Source of the DNA: Pseudonocardiaceae bacterium
GTDB lineage: Bacteria; Actinomycetota; Actinomycetes; Mycobacteriales; Pseudonocardiaceae
NCBI GenBank assembly: GCA_039924425.1
Contig: JBDTAX010000045.1
Location: 5,064 to 69,063 of the forward strand
Length of the DNA: 64,000 nt
Reading direction: 5' to 3'
Part shown: positions 45,441 to 55,966 of the stretch, in pieces
How positions within the stretch are numbered: position 1 is the first letter of the stretch
How the letters are laid out: every line of letters starts with the position of its first letter
The notes under the pieces: model-generated
What the model saw: the letters and a program-made list of their open reading frames with translations, nothing else
Told to the model about the DNA's origin: nothing
The model's database searches: none
Position numbers and translations under genes: made by a program

Positions 45441-47086
45441 GCGCGATGACGACGCCGACCACAGCCGGATCCGGAGGCTTGGCCACCAAGGCAGGCGAGG
45501 CAGCCGACCAGCTTGACCAGCGGTTTCACCTGGCAGCCGGCATGCGCCGGCAGATCAACAAGGTCTTCCCGACGCACTGGTCGTTCATGCTCGGTGAGAT
45601 CGCGCTGAACAGCTTCATCGTGCTGCTGCTGTCGGGGACGTACCTGACGCTGTTCTTCGACCCCTCCATGCAGGACGTCACGTACAACGGTGTCTACCAA
45701 AACCTCCGCGGGATCGAGATGTCCCGGGCGTTCGAGTCGACGCTGCAGATCTCCTTCGATGTCCGCGGTGGGCTGTTCGTCCGGCAGGTGCACCACTGGG
45801 CAGCGCTGCTGTTCGTCGCCGCCATCATCATCCACATGTTCCGTGTCTTCTTCACCGGCGCCTTCCGCAAGCCGAGGGACACGAACTGGACGATCGGCGT
45901 GACCCTCGTGCTGCTGGCCGGTCTGGAGGGCCTCACCGGCTACTCACTGCCCGACGACCTGCTCTCCGGAACCGGGCTCCGCATCATCTCGTCGATCATC
46001 ATGTCGCCACCGGTGATCGGCACCTGGTTGCAGTGGGCGATCTTCGGGGGTCTGTTCCCCGGCACTGTGATCATTCCCCGATTCTTCATCGTGCACGTGC
46101 TGATCATCCCGGGCATCCTGGTCGCTCTCATCGCCGTACATCTCGGGCTGGTCTGGTACCAGAAGCACACACAGTTCCCCGGGCCCGGGCGCACCGAGCG
46201 CAATGTGGTCGGCATCCGCATCCTGCCGATCTTCGCGACGAAGGCCGGCGGCTTCGCCATGACGAACATCGGTGTGATCTGCATCTTGGCCGGGTTGTTC
46301 CAGATCAACCCGATATGGAACTTCGGCCCGTACAACCCGTCCCAGGTTTCGGCGGCCTCGCAGCCCGACTGGTACGTCGGTTGGTTGGACGGCTCCACTC
46401 GGCTGTGGCCCGCCTGGGAGCTCTACCTGGGCAATTACATGATCCCCGCGTCGTTCTGGCCGACGATGGTGCTCCCCGGGATCATGTTCGGCCTTACCTT
46501 TGGATACCCCGCCATCGAGCGCAAGCTCACCAAAGATTTCGCCTCGCACAACCTGTTGCAACGCCCCCGGGACGCCCCGGTGCGAACCGGTTTGGGCATG
46601 ATGGCTATCTCGTTCATGTTCGTGCTACTACTCTCGGGCGGCAACGACGTCATCGCGTACGCCTTCAACATCTCGCTGAACGCCACCACGTGGGCCGGAC
46701 GCATCGGCCTGCTGCTGTTGCCACCAATCTCGTACTACGTCTCCTACCGGATCTGCCTCGGCCTGCAGCGCGCCGACCTGTCGATTCTGGAGCACGGAAT
46801 TGAGACCGGCATCGTCAAGCGGCTGCCCCACGGTGAGTTCATTGAGGTGCACCAGCCCCTCGGTGGTGCCGACGGGCACGGCCATCCCATCCCGCTGGAG
46901 TACCAGGGTGCCCGGGTACCCAAGCGGATGAACCAGCTTGGCTCCGCCGGTTCCCCCATGCCCGGTTCCCTGTTCAAGCCAGACCCCGCGGATCAGACGA
47001 GCGCTCTGGAGAATGCCCGGCGGGAAGCCGCTGGCAACGGAGTCGGCCGAGAGTTGGCTGGCCGGCCGCAGCAGCCCAGGGAATAG
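45437..47086 (+). CDS. qcrB: Cytochrome bc1 complex cytochrome b subunit
   Basis: ATGA overlap with qcrA. Multi-TM cytochrome b pattern ([50 protein letters not shown]). Confidence 0.95.
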   Translation: MSAMTTPTTAGSGGLATKAGEAADQLDQRFHLAAGMRRQINKVFPTHWSFMLGEIALNSFIVLLLSGTYLTLFFDPSMQDVTYNGVYQNLRGIEMSRAFESTLQISFDVRGGLFVRQVHHWAALLFVAAIIIHMFRVFFTGAFRKPRDTNWTIGVTLVLLAGLEGLTGYSLPDDLLSGTGLRIISSIIMSPPVIGTWLQWAIFGGLFPGTVIIPRFFIVHVLIIPGILVALIAVHLGLVWYQKHTQFPGPGRTERNVVGIRILPIFATKAGGFAMTNIGVICILAGLFQINPIWNFGPYNPSQVSAASQPDWYVGWLDGSTRLWPAWELYLGNYMIPASFWPTMVLPGIMFGLTFGYPAIERKLTKDFASHNLLQRPRDAPVRTGLGMMAISFMFVLLLSGGNDVIAYAFNISLNATTWAGRIGLLLLPPISYYVSYRICLGLQRADLSILEHGIETGIVKRLPHGEFIEVHQPLGGADGHGHPIPLEYQGARVPKRMNQLGSAGSPMPGSLFKPDPADQTSALENARREAAGNGVGRELAGRPQQPRE

Positions 47087-47126
47087 AACCCCAACGGAAT
47101 AATTCCTGCTTCAGCGACAGCGGTGG

Positions 47127-47525
47127 TCACTCCGCCTTGGGACCGACGTGGTATTCGAAGATCAACCCGGCGACTGTGCCGAGGACACTCAGGACACCGA
47201 GCACCACCATCCACCATTGATCGAAGGCCAGCCCGAGCCCGATCACGCTCGCCGCTCCCGCCATCCCGATGGGCCAGTAACTGCCTGGCGAGAAGAAACC
47301 CATCTCACCAGCGCCGTCAGAGATCTCCGCCTCGGAGTTGTCCTCAGGACGCATCTGGACTCGCCGGGCGACGAACCGCAAGTAGGTGCCGAGGATGAGA
47401 GCCAGCCCACCGGACAGCGTCAGCCCCGCAGTCCCGGCCGGATCATGCGACCAGAGTCCATAGACCACGTCGGACAAGAAGAAGAACACCGCCAGGAACT
47501 CGAAGATCCGTGCTTCGATCTTCAT
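47127..47525 (-). CDS. ctaF: Cytochrome c oxidase subunit IV (actinobacterial CtaF)
   Basis: 132 aa, four hydrophobic helices. MKIEARIFEFLAVFFFLSDVVYGLWS resembles CtaF. It occupies the conserved position next to ctaC. Confidence 0.8.
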   Translation of the reverse strand: MKIEARIFEFLAVFFFLSDVVYGLWSHDPAGTAGLTLSGGLALILGTYLRFVARRVQMRPEDNSEAEISDGAGEMGFFSPGSYWPIGMAGAASVIGLGLAFDQWWMVVLGVLSVLGTVAGLIFEYHVGPKAE

Positions 47526-47579
47526 CGTGCGCCTCGCTCTCGAACCTGCCGGAGGGACTCTCGCTCGACATACTGAAGG

Positions 47580-48587
47580 TTAGCTGCCACCACGGGCCTG
47601 CTGCGCGTCGCGAGCGGTGCGATCGGTGTTGAACGGCGAGGTCGTCACGGCCTCGGGGGCGCACAGCTCACCGCAGTTCAGCTGCGCGAGCGCCTCACCC
47701 GCCGTGTAGGAACGTTGCGTTCGCGGGTTGATCTGAGCTCGCACGGCCAGGTACCGGTCGAACAGATCCGGTGGCAACGCACGGAGCTCGAAGTTCATCA
47801 TCGAGTGGTAGGTGCCACACAACTCGGCGCAGCGACCGACAAAAGCACCCGGGCGCTCCACGGTGGTCTGGAAGACGTTGTCGGTGTTGTTCTTCTCCGG
47901 GCGCGGGAAGACATCGCGCTTGAAGAGAAAATCCGGAATGTAGAACGAGTGCAGGACATCTCTGGAAAAAAGCTGGTATTCCACTACCCGATTGGTTGGC
48001 ACCACCAGGAGCGGAATGACGGCCGATGATCCTATCGTGGACAGTGGTTCGCCGTCTTCGGTAAGCCGGACGGGGTAGCTGCCACCTGCACCCGGCTTGT
48101 CCTGCAGATATTCGAAGTCCCAGTTCCACTGGAAGGCGACTACCCGCACCCGCAGCGCCGGATTATCGACTTTAGCGAGGACGAAGTCCTGAGTCGTCAC
48201 AGTGAAGTAAAAAAGCACCACGACGATCACGAACGGGATGACCGTGTAGATGATCTCCAGCGGCAGGTTATACTGGGTCTGACGGGGTATCTCATCGGAT
48301 TTTTTCCGACAGAAGACAACCGTCCCTACGATCAGTACTGCGACAATCAACCCGATCGCCAACGCCGCCACCGTCGACCAGATCCACAGGTCGCGCATCC
48401 GCTCGGCTTGGGGGGTGATCCCCTCCGGCCAACCAAACGCGAAAGCCTGATACACCGAACATCCGCTGGACAGGACGGCAACCATTCCGGCCAGCCCGGC
48501 CACCTTCAGCAGCCGAACCGCTCGGCAACGGTCCACAGCGATCACCCCTCGCTCCCCCTCGTCGCCCGATGCCGCCAGGAAGCCCAC
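47580..48587 (-). CDS. ctaC: Cytochrome c oxidase subunit II
   Basis: Lipobox-like LSSGC, two TM helices, and the CuA site (HSFYIPDF...CAELCGTYHSMM). The GTG start is uncertain. Confidence 0.9.
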   Translation of the reverse strand: MGFLAASGDEGERGVIAVDRCRAVRLLKVAGLAGMVAVLSSGCSVYQAFAFGWPEGITPQAERMRDLWIWSTVAALAIGLIVAVLIVGTVVFCRKKSDEIPRQTQYNLPLEIIYTVIPFVIVVVLFYFTVTTQDFVLAKVDNPALRVRVVAFQWNWDFEYLQDKPGAGGSYPVRLTEDGEPLSTIGSSAVIPLLVVPTNRVVEYQLFSRDVLHSFYIPDFLFKRDVFPRPEKNNTDNVFQTTVERPGAFVGRCAELCGTYHSMMNFELRALPPDLFDRYLAVRAQINPRTQRSYTAGEALAQLNCGELCAPEAVTTSPFNTDRTARDAQQARGGS

Positions 48588-48655
48588 CGCTAGGAGCCTA
48601 AACCAAAGCGGGCCCCAGAGTGCGCCCAGGGCGCACGTAGCCCGGCACCCGGCGT

Positions 48656-48740
48656 CATACTGGGCCGCTGCGGATGTCGGGTCGATGACGATACTGGGTC
48701 ACTGCGGATACTGGGTCACTGCGGATACTGGGTCACTGAG
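48656..48740. repeat. Five tandem copies of a 17-bp unit (three near-perfect, two degenerate) upstream of asnB
   Basis: GATACTGGGTCACTGCG at 48690-48706 and 48707-48723, GATACTGGGTCACTGAG at 48724-40, and degenerate copies at 48656-48672 and 48673-48689. The last unit overlaps the GAGGAG RBS of asnB (GTG 48755). Confidence 0.85.
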
Positions 48741-48754
48741 GAGAGGGCGGGTAC

Positions 48755-50683
48755 GTGTGCGGGTTGCTGGGACTGCTGACCGCGCGGCAGGACGCCGAGC
48801 GGCGAGTGGCGGACGTGACCTCGGCGCTGCGATGCCAGCGCCATCGCGGACCCGATGAGACGGGGACCTGGCACGACGCTGACATGGTGCTCGGCTTCAA
48901 CCGGCTGTCCATCATCGATCTGGCGCACTCCCACCAGCCGCTACGCTGGGGGCCACCGGGCATGCCGGAGCGCTATACGATCCTGTGCAACGGGGAGATC
49001 TACAACTATCTGGAGCTCCGGGAGGAGCTTCGTCGTGATCCGTACGGCGCGGCCTTCGCGACCGACGGTGACACCGAGGTCGTCGTCGCGGCATACCATC
49101 ACCTCGGGCCGGCTGCTGTGGGGCGGCTGCGGGGAATGTTCGCGTTCGTCATCTGGGACGCGAAGCTTCGGGTCGCCTTCGGGGCCCGTGATCCCTTCGG
49201 CATCAAGCCGTTGTACAGCTGCGCCGGGCCCGCCGGAGTGGCGTTCGCCAGCGAGAAGAAGAGCCTGCTTGAGCTGGCGCCGTCGCTGGGAGTGGCCCCA
49301 GAGCTGGACCGCCGCGCGCTGCAGCATTACCTGACCTTGCAGTACGTCCCGGAACCGGCGTCCCTGCACACCGGGATCACCCGCATCGAGTCCGGCACCT
49401 CCTTCACCCTGTCCCCTGGTGGCACACCGGTCACCGAGCGGTACTTCCATCCCCATTTCCGGCCCCGCCAGCTCAGCTCCGACGCCGACGCGCGGGTCCT
49501 GCACGACGAGATCAGCGCGGCGTTGCGGGACTCGGTCGCCAAGCACATGCGGGCCGACGTCACCGTCGGGGCGTTCCTGTCTGGTGGGATCGACTCCACC
49601 GCCATCGCGGCGCTGGCCCGCGAGCACAACCCGGATCTGATCACCTTCACCACCGGCTTCGAGCGGGAGGGTTACTCCGAGGTGGACGTGGCCGCGGAGT
49701 CGGCGGCCGCGATCGGCGTCCGGCACGTGGTCCGCACCGTCTCGGCCACCGAACTGGCCGACGCGCTGCCGCTGATCGTGTGGTATCTCGACGATCCGGT
49801 GGCCGACCCCGCGCTGGTGCCGCTGTGGTTCATCGCCCGGGAGGCGCGGGAACACGTCAAGGTGGTGCTGTCCGGGGAGGGCGCCGATGAGCTCTTCGGC
49901 GGGTACACCATCTACCGGGAACCGCTGTCGCTGGCCGCGTTCGAGAAGGTCCCCGGCGGGCTGCGCCGCGCGCTGGGCCGGATCTCTACCCGGATCCCGG
50001 AGGGAGTGCGCGGCAAGGATTTGCTTCGGCGCGGCGCATTGACGCTGGAGCAGCGCTACTACGGGAACGCTCGGATCTTCCGGGACGACCAGCTACGCGC
50101 GGTGCTGCCCGGATACGATCCAGCTGTCTCGCACGCCGACGTCACGGCGGCTGCCTACGACGCCTCCACCGGCTGGGATCCGATCGCTCGCATGCAGCAC
50201 GTGGACCTGTTCACCTGGCTGCGTGGTGACATCCTGGTCAAGGCCGACAAGATGACCATGGCCAACTCACTGGAGCTCCGGGTGCCCTTCCTCGACCCAG
50301 AGGTGTTTCGGGTGGCATCGACCATCCCGTTCACCGAGAAGATCACCCGTGTCACTACCAAGCACGCACTGCGCCAGGCGCTGCGCGACATCGTGCCCGC
50401 GCATGTGCTGAACCGGCGCAAGCTCGGATTCCCGGTTCCGATCCGGCACTGGCTACGCGAGGATCTGCACGACTGGGCCCGCGGCATCATCAATGACTCG
50501 CTCACCGCGGAGTTCCTGGACCTCGCGGCGGTACACCGGATGCTCGACGAGCACCGCCGCGGACCACGAGATCACAGCAGGCGAATCTGGGCGGTACTGG
50601 TCTTCATGCTGTGGCACGGCATCTTCTTCGAGCAGCGCATCATCCCCGCAGTACCCGAACCGCGCTACCCGGTCCAGGTCTAA
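48755..50683 (+). CDS. asnB: Asparagine synthase (glutamine-hydrolysing)
   Basis: N-terminal nucleophile Cys (M-CGLLGLL), PP-loop FLSGGIDSTAIAAL, VLSGEGADELFGGY. Confidence 0.92.
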   Translation: MCGLLGLLTARQDAERRVADVTSALRCQRHRGPDETGTWHDADMVLGFNRLSIIDLAHSHQPLRWGPPGMPERYTILCNGEIYNYLELREELRRDPYGAAFATDGDTEVVVAAYHHLGPAAVGRLRGMFAFVIWDAKLRVAFGARDPFGIKPLYSCAGPAGVAFASEKKSLLELAPSLGVAPELDRRALQHYLTLQYVPEPASLHTGITRIESGTSFTLSPGGTPVTERYFHPHFRPRQLSSDADARVLHDEISAALRDSVAKHMRADVTVGAFLSGGIDSTAIAALAREHNPDLITFTTGFEREGYSEVDVAAESAAAIGVRHVVRTVSATELADALPLIVWYLDDPVADPALVPLWFIAREAREHVKVVLSGEGADELFGGYTIYREPLSLAAFEKVPGGLRRALGRISTRIPEGVRGKDLLRRGALTLEQRYYGNARIFRDDQLRAVLPGYDPAVSHADVTAAAYDASTGWDPIARMQHVDLFTWLRGDILVKADKMTMANSLELRVPFLDPEVFRVASTIPFTEKITRVTTKHALRQALRDIVPAHVLNRRKLGFPVPIRHWLREDLHDWARGIINDSLTAEFLDLAAVHRMLDEHRRGPRDHSRRIWAVLVFMLWHGIFFEQRIIPAVPEPRYPVQV

Positions 50684-50741
50684 GCCTGCGCAGTTTTAAC
50701 GCCGCGCAGGTCCAAGCCGCGCAGATCCAACCAGCGGTGGG

Positions 50742-51104
50742 TTAGTTGAAGGAGTCCCCACAGGCGCACGAACCACCCGCGTTGGGGTTGTCGATCGTGA
50801 AGCCTTGCTTCTCGATCGTGTCCACGAAATCGATCACAGCGCCTTGCAGGTAGGGCACGCTCATCCGGTCGACGATCACGCCGAGGCCATTGAAGTCCCG
50901 CTTGGCATCTCCGTCCAGCGTGCGCTCATCGAAAAAGAGCTGGTAGCGCAACCCGGCACAACCACCTGGCTGCACGGCGATGCGCAGGTGCATGTCGTCC
51001 CGACCTTCTTGGTCGAGCAGCGCCTTCGCCTTGGCGGCAGCGGCAGCGGTGAGCTCGACACCGTGCGTGCTCACTTCGGTGTCGGCGATGTTCTCGACGC
51101 TCAT
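50742..51104 (-). CDS. erpA: HesB/IscA/ErpA-family iron-sulfur cluster insertion protein
   Basis: ATG 51104 follows GGGGGAG. GGCAGLRYQLFFD and the C-terminal GGSCACGDSF cysteine motif. Confidence 0.85.
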   Translation of the reverse strand: MSVENIADTEVSTHGVELTAAAAAKAKALLDQEGRDDMHLRIAVQPGGCAGLRYQLFFDERTLDGDAKRDFNGLGVIVDRMSVPYLQGAVIDFVDTIEKQGFTIDNPNAGGSCACGDSFN

Positions 51105-51237
51105 TGGCTCCCCCTGGGGATCGACGCTCAGCACGGATAAATCTCTACTGTACGCGAACGCCCTAGGCCGACGAGCGATTCCCCCACCGGCACCCACAGA
51201 TCGCCCACCTGCCCGGCCGGTGCCCTAGGCTGGCCAG

Positions 51238-51873
51238 GTGAGGTTCCTGCGCGGAAACACCGGCCCCGGAGCCACCGAACCGGAGCCGGCGGTGGTGCGG
51301 GAGCCCAATCCGGACGAGATGAGCCATCGAGCCCGGGGCGGTGGCAAGGGCAGGCCCACGCCGAGCCGCCGGGAGGCCCAGGGCCACAAGCGAGGCCCCG
51401 CGCCACCCCCACCGCGGACCCAGCGGGAAGCATTGCGCCGGATGCGCGGGTCCAAGGCCCAACGCCGCGACGCGACGGCGCAACGCCGGGAGCGCATGCT
51501 GGCGGGAGACCCGAAGTACCTACTGCCCCGAGACAGGGGCCCGGTGAAAGCCTATGTGCGGGATCTGGTGGATTCTCGGCGGAACCTCGCTGGGGCGTTC
51601 ATGCCGCTGGCCCTGCTGGTGATCGTGGTGACCCTGGTGCGATCGCCGTTCGTGCAACAGTATGCGACGCTCGTGTCGATGGTGATGCTTGTCGCGATCA
51701 TTGTCGAGGGGGTGCTGCTGGGCCGGACCGTCAAGCGTCGCGTCCGCGAGCGGTTCCCCGAAGCGGCGGAGTCCGGGAGGGGACTGGGGTTCTACGCGAT
51801 GACCCGGGCGACCCAGCTGCGCAGAATGCGGGTGCCCAAGCCCCGCGTCGGTCCCGGCGACCCGATCCCCTAA
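51238..51873 (+). CDS. DUF3043-like membrane protein
   Basis: Basic N-terminal region (GKGRPTPSRREAQ), two TM helices (AFMPLALLVIVVTLV, LVSMVMLVAIIVEGVLLG), and the conserved position next to erpA. Confidence 0.7.
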   Translation: MRFLRGNTGPGATEPEPAVVREPNPDEMSHRARGGGKGRPTPSRREAQGHKRGPAPPPPRTQREALRRMRGSKAQRRDATAQRRERMLAGDPKYLLPRDRGPVKAYVRDLVDSRRNLAGAFMPLALLVIVVTLVRSPFVQQYATLVSMVMLVAIIVEGVLLGRTVKRRVRERFPEAAESGRGLGFYAMTRATQLRRMRVPKPRVGPGDPIP

Positions 51874-51918
51874 CCGGGCCTGGCCCAGCTCTAACCACGC
51901 CAGCGCAGCGCGGGCTGG

Positions 51919-52113
51919 CTACGGCCGCAGGCTCATCGGGCCGTACACCACGGACATCCCGTCAAGCAGGGTGACCGCCGCCACGCCGCCCTCGAGCAGT
52001 CCCGGCCATTCGAGGGAGAGCCAATCCTCGGCGTCGGCCTGGTCGTCAAAGACAACGTCTGGTCCGCTCACCTGGCCACCGTCCAGATCCTGGTAGCGCC
52101 ACCGCAGAGCCAT
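51919..52113 (-). CDS. Small conserved-looking hypothetical protein
   Basis: ATG 52113 follows GGAAGGGGAG. 64 aa (MALRWRYQDLDGGQVSGPDVVFDDQADAEDWLSLEWPGLLEGG). Confidence 0.45.
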   Translation of the reverse strand: MALRWRYQDLDGGQVSGPDVVFDDQADAEDWLSLEWPGLLEGGVAAVTLLDGMSVVYGPMSLRP

Positions 52114-52200
52114 CTGGCTACTCCCCTTCCACCGCCAACTCTTCACTGCCGTCCTCGCACCGCCGCTCGCACCCGGTGCACCTGACGGTAGCCTCAGCGG

Positions 52201-52725
52201 GTGCGGACGCTGGTGCTCGGAGGTGCCCGCTCGGGCAAGTCCGCCCACGCCGAGGGATTACTGAGTGTTACGCGGGTGGACTACCTGGCGACCGCCCGGT
52301 CAGTGCCCGGCGACGCGGAATGGGAAGCGCGGATCGCCGCGCATGTGGCGCGGCGGCCACTGGGCTGGCGCACCGCCACGCCAGCCGACCTCCCAGCCGC
52401 GCTGCGCGCATCGGGGCCGGTCCCCGTGCTCGTCGACGACATCGCCACCTGGCTGACCGGGGAATTGGATGACGCCGACGCCTGGGCGGGTAACACGACC
52501 GCGTTACGCGACTGTCGCGCGCGGTGCGCTGAGCTGGTCTCGGCGGTGGCGGCCTGCCCGGCCCGGCTGGTGCTGGTGAGCGCGGAGGTTGGGCTTGGCG
52601 TTGTACCGCCGACGCGCGCGGGGCGGCTGCTGCGCGACGAGCTCGGTGCGCTCAACGCCGCGCTCGCCGCAGTGTGCGATGAGGTGCTGCTGCTGGTGGC
52701 GGGGCTGCCTGTCACGCTGCGTTGA
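52201..52725 (+). CDS. cobU: Adenosylcobinamide kinase / adenosylcobinamide-phosphate guanylyltransferase
   Basis: P-loop VLGGARSGKSAHAE, the size (174 aa), and its position ahead of cobT-cobS. Confidence 0.85.
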   Translation: MRTLVLGGARSGKSAHAEGLLSVTRVDYLATARSVPGDAEWEARIAAHVARRPLGWRTATPADLPAALRASGPVPVLVDDIATWLTGELDDADAWAGNTTALRDCRARCAELVSAVAACPARLVLVSAEVGLGVVPPTRAGRLLRDELGALNAALAAVCDEVLLLVAGLPVTLR

Positions 52726-52770
52726 TATTGCGGGATCGTTGTATGGAGATGTCACGGACGGTGATATTTG

Positions 52771-53928
52771 ATGGACAGGGAGCACGAGCTGAGCCACGTG
52801 GAGTTCCCCGAGATCACGCCACCCGACCAGCAAGCCCACCGGGAAGCGGTGGCCCGCCATGAGCAACTGACCAAGCCGGCGGGCTCCTTGGGCCGCCTGG
52901 AGGAGCTGGGAGTGTGGGCGAGCTCCTGCCAAGGGGCCTGCCCACCACATCCGTTCGCCCACCCACAGCTTGTCGTGTTCGCCGGAGATCACGGTGTCGC
53001 CGCGCACGGGGTTTCCGCCTATCCCAGCGAGGTCACCCAGCAGATGGTGGGCAACTTCCTGAGCGGGCGGGCGGCGGTGAACGTGCTCGCCGCGGCGGCC
53101 GGGGCGGCGGTACGAGTGGTCGATGTGGCCGTGGACTGCGATCCGGACTCGGTCACCGGGCCACCGCTGGTCACCAGGCACAAGGTTCGCCGAGGCAGCG
53201 GCGCGATCCACCGGCGGGACGCGCTGACCGACACGGAAGTGATCCAGGCGCTAACCGCTGGGGTGACGATCGCCGACGAGGAAGTCGACCGGGGCGCTGA
53301 CCTGCTGATCGCGGGCGACATGGGGATCGGCAACACCACCCCCGCCGCGGTGCTGGTGGCGGCCCTCACCGGGGCGGAACCGGTGGCGGTCGTGGGCCGT
53401 GGCAGCGGGATCGACGACGCCGGCTGGATGCGCAAAGCGGCGGTGATCCGCGACGCGTTGCGCCGGGCCCGCCCGGTCGTCGGTGATCCGCTCGCGCTGG
53501 TCCGCACCGCGGGCGGTGCCGACATCGCCGCGATGGCCGGGTTCCTGGCCCAGGCCGCGGTGCGGCGCACCCCGGTGATTCTCGACGGTGTGGTCGTCAC
53601 GGCGGCGGCGATGCTCGCCGAGGAGCTCGCGCCAGGAGCACGGCGGTGGTGGGTGGCCGGGCACCGCTCGGCGGAGCCCGCGCACACCCTGGCGCTGGAG
53701 CATCTGGAGCTGGAGCCAATCCTGGAGCTGGGGATGCGGCTGGGTGAGGGCTCGGGCGCGGTGGCCGCGCTGCCGCTGGTGCAGATGTCGGTGCGGGTGC
53801 TCGCCGAGATGGCCACCTTCGCCGACGCGGGCGTCTCCGGGCCAGCGGCTGCCCCGTCGCCGTTTGTGGCTCTTCAAGGCCGGCCAACCGAGGGGTTGGC
53901 CGGCCTTGAAGAGCCACCCATCAGATGA
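52771..53928 (+). CDS. cobT: Nicotinate-nucleotide--dimethylbenzimidazole phosphoribosyltransferase
   Basis: [38 protein letters not shown] 52771 is preferred over TTG 52768. The 3' end contains a 44-bp palindrome. Confidence 0.9.
   Translation: MDREHELSHVEFPEITPPDQQAHREAVARHEQLTKPAGSLGRLEELGVWASSCQGACPPHPFAHPQLVVFAGDHGVAAHGVSAYPSEVTQQMVGNFLSGRAAVNVLAAAAGAAVRVVDVAVDCDPDSVTGPPLVTRHKVRRGSGAIHRRDALTDTEVIQALTAGVTIADEEVDRGADLLIAGDMGIGNTTPAAVLVAALTGAEPVAVVGRGSGIDDAGWMRKAAVIRDALRRARPVVGDPLALVRTAGGADIAAMAGFLAQAAVRRTPVILDGVVVTAAAMLAEELAPGARRWWVAGHRSAEPAHTLALEHLELEPILELGMRLGEGSGAVAALPLVQMSVRVLAEMATFADAGVSGPAAAPSPFVALQGRPTEGLAGLEEPPIR
53870..53913. repeat. Perfect 20-bp-stem palindrome inside the cobT 3' end
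   Basis: CTCTTCAAGGCCGGCCAACC (53870-53889), loop GAGG, GGTTGGCCGGCCTTGAAGAG (53894-53913). It is translated as [16 protein letters not shown] and ends 11 nt before the cobS ATG. Confidence 0.9.
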
Positions 53929-54674
53929 GCCAAGGACTGCGGTTGGCGCTGTCCTGGTTGACCGTCGTGCCGGTGGGCACACCAGTCAAGGTGGATCGGA
54001 CCCTCGCCCGCCAGGCGCTGTACTGGGCGCCCGTGGTTGGCGCCGGGTTGGGTGTGCTGATCGCTGGGCTGCTGGCCGCGCTGCACGCGCTGGGCACTCC
54101 GGCTCCGCTGACCGGGTTGGCTGGAGTGGCGGCGCTGGCCGGGCTGACTCGCGGGATGCACCTGGACGGGCTGGCCGACACCGCCGACGGGCTCGGCTGC
54201 TACGGCGGGCCGAGCCGCGCGCTGGAGGTGATGCGCGACGGGGCGAGCGGGCCGTTCGGCGTGACCGCGCTGGTGCTGGTGCTGGCCACGCAGGCGGCCG
54301 CGCTGGGAGCGCTCACCGCGGCCGGCCGGTTGGTGCCCGTGGTGTTGGCGATGGTCGCGGGACGGGCCGCCTACAGCTGGTGCGCCCGGGTGGGTGTGCC
54401 TCCGGCCCGGCCAGCCGGCATGGGGGCGCTGGTGGCCGGCAGCCAACGACCCGCGGTCGCGGTGGCCTGGGCGGTGGTCCTGCTGGCTGGCGGCCTACTG
54501 GCGGTCCCCGGACGCCCCTGGCAGGGCCCACTAGCCGTCACCGCAGCCGCCCTAGCGGTGCTAGCCCTCTCAAAGCACACCACCCGCCGCCTAGGAGGAC
54601 TAACCGGCGACACCCTAGGCGCCACCACAGAACTAACCACCACCCTAATCCTAGCCGCCTGCGCGACAGGTTGA
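53925..54674 (+). CDS. cobS: Adenosylcobinamide-GDP ribazoletransferase (cobalamin synthase)
   Basis: ATGA overlap with cobT. Polytopic membrane protein with LSWLTVVPV and [13 protein letters not shown] motifs. Confidence 0.88.
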   Translation: MSQGLRLALSWLTVVPVGTPVKVDRTLARQALYWAPVVGAGLGVLIAGLLAALHALGTPAPLTGLAGVAALAGLTRGMHLDGLADTADGLGCYGGPSRALEVMRDGASGPFGVTALVLVLATQAAALGALTAAGRLVPVVLAMVAGRAAYSWCARVGVPPARPAGMGALVAGSQRPAVAVAWAVVLLAGGLLAVPGRPWQGPLAVTAAALAVLALSKHTTRRLGGLTGDTLGATTELTTTLILAACATG

Positions 54675-54677
54675 TCT

Positions 54678-54739
54678 CCGACATGGAGACATATCGGGGC
54701 TATACGGGCCGTATTGACCCCGATATGTCTCCATGTCGG
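54678..54739. terminator. Long perfect hairpin between convergent cobS and ilvE (bidirectional terminator candidate)
   Basis: 22-bp arms CCGACATGGAGACATATCGGGG (54678-54699) and CCCCGATATGTCTCCATGTCGG (54718-54739) with an 18-nt loop. Confidence 0.65.
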
Positions 54740-54749
54740 GGAGGGGGGG

Positions 54750-55862
54750 TTAAGAAAGGGGGGTCATCCAGTGGTGGGGGTCGGGGGTGGTGCCTTGTTG
54801 GAGGGCGGTGAGGGATGCGCGCAGGTGGGTGGTTACGGGGCCGGGGGCGCCGGTGGCTATGGTGAATTCGCCTTCGGCGTGGGCGACTTGGCCGACGGGG
54901 GTGATCACGGCCGCAGTGCCGCAGGCGAAGACTTCCGAGATGTCCCCGGACCGCACGCCCTTCTCCCATTCCTCGGTGCAGATCCGTCGCTCCTCGACGG
55001 TGAGTCCATGATCTCGGGCCAGGGTGAGCAGTGAGTCACGGGTGATACCGGGCAGCAAGGCTCCGGTGAGCTCCGGAGTCACCAGGCGGGCCTGCTTCCC
55101 CTCTCCGAAGACGAAGTAGAGGTTCATCCCGCCCATTTCCTCCACCCAGCGCCGCTCAACCGCGTCCAGCCACACGACCTGGTCGCAGCCCTTCTCGGCG
55201 GCTTGTTGCTGGGCCAGCAGCGAGGCGGCGTAGTTCCCGGCGAACTTGGCGGCCCCGGTGCCGCCGGGTGCGGCCCGGACATATTCGGTGCACAGCCACA
55301 CGCGGACCGGCTTGAGCCCACCGCAAAAATACGGACCGGCGGGGGACGCGATCACCAGGTACTGGTAAGCCGTCGCCGCGCGCACCCCGAGGCTCACCTC
55401 GGTGGCGAACAGCATCGGCCGCAAGTACAAGGTGTCTTCTCCACCGGCGGCGGGCACCCAGCCGTTGTCGGCGCGCACCAATTCGCGCAGCGAACCGAAG
55501 AACAGCTCATCGGGCAACTCTGGCATCGCCAGCCGACGAGCTGAGGCGCGCAGCCGGGCGGCATTGGCCAGCGGGCGGAACGCGGACACCGCCCCGTCCG
55601 GCTGGCGATAGGCCTTGAGGCCTTCGAAGATCGCCTGCCCGTAGTGCAGCACCATACTGGCCGGGTCCATCTCGAGCTGCCGGTAGGGGCCGATCCGCGG
55701 ATCGTGCCAACCGCGGCCGGCGGTCCAGGAGATCTCCACCATGTGGTCGGTGAAGTAACGGCCGAAGCCCGGCTCGGCCAGGATCTCCGCTCGCCGCCGC
55801 GGCGTCACCGGAGAAGGGTGCGGCAACCGGGTGAACAGCGGCTCGGGGCTCATGCCCAGCAC
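54750..55862 (-). CDS. ilvE: Branched-chain amino acid aminotransferase
   Basis: Class IV aminotransferase pattern ([43 protein letters not shown]). Confidence 0.92.
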   Translation of the reverse strand: MLGMSPEPLFTRLPHPSPVTPRRRAEILAEPGFGRYFTDHMVEISWTAGRGWHDPRIGPYRQLEMDPASMVLHYGQAIFEGLKAYRQPDGAVSAFRPLANAARLRASARRLAMPELPDELFFGSLRELVRADNGWVPAAGGEDTLYLRPMLFATEVSLGVRAATAYQYLVIASPAGPYFCGGLKPVRVWLCTEYVRAAPGGTGAAKFAGNYAASLLAQQQAAEKGCDQVVWLDAVERRWVEEMGGMNLYFVFGEGKQARLVTPELTGALLPGITRDSLLTLARDHGLTVEERRICTEEWEKGVRSGDISEVFACGTAAVITPVGQVAHAEGEFTIATGAPGPVTTHLRASLTALQQGTTPDPHHWMTPLS

Positions 55863-55966
55863 GGTAGCCGGTCATACGCAAAAATGGTAGGACGTCCCAC
55901 TACTTTTACCGTGCGTCACACTTGCCCACCCGACGATGGCCCATCAACGATGGCCCGACTCGCCAG

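Noticed and set aside
52114-52200. Cobalamin riboswitch upstream of cobU-cobT-cobS
   Set aside because: The intergenic space is under 90 nt, too short for a B12 element, and no B12-box-like sequence is seen.
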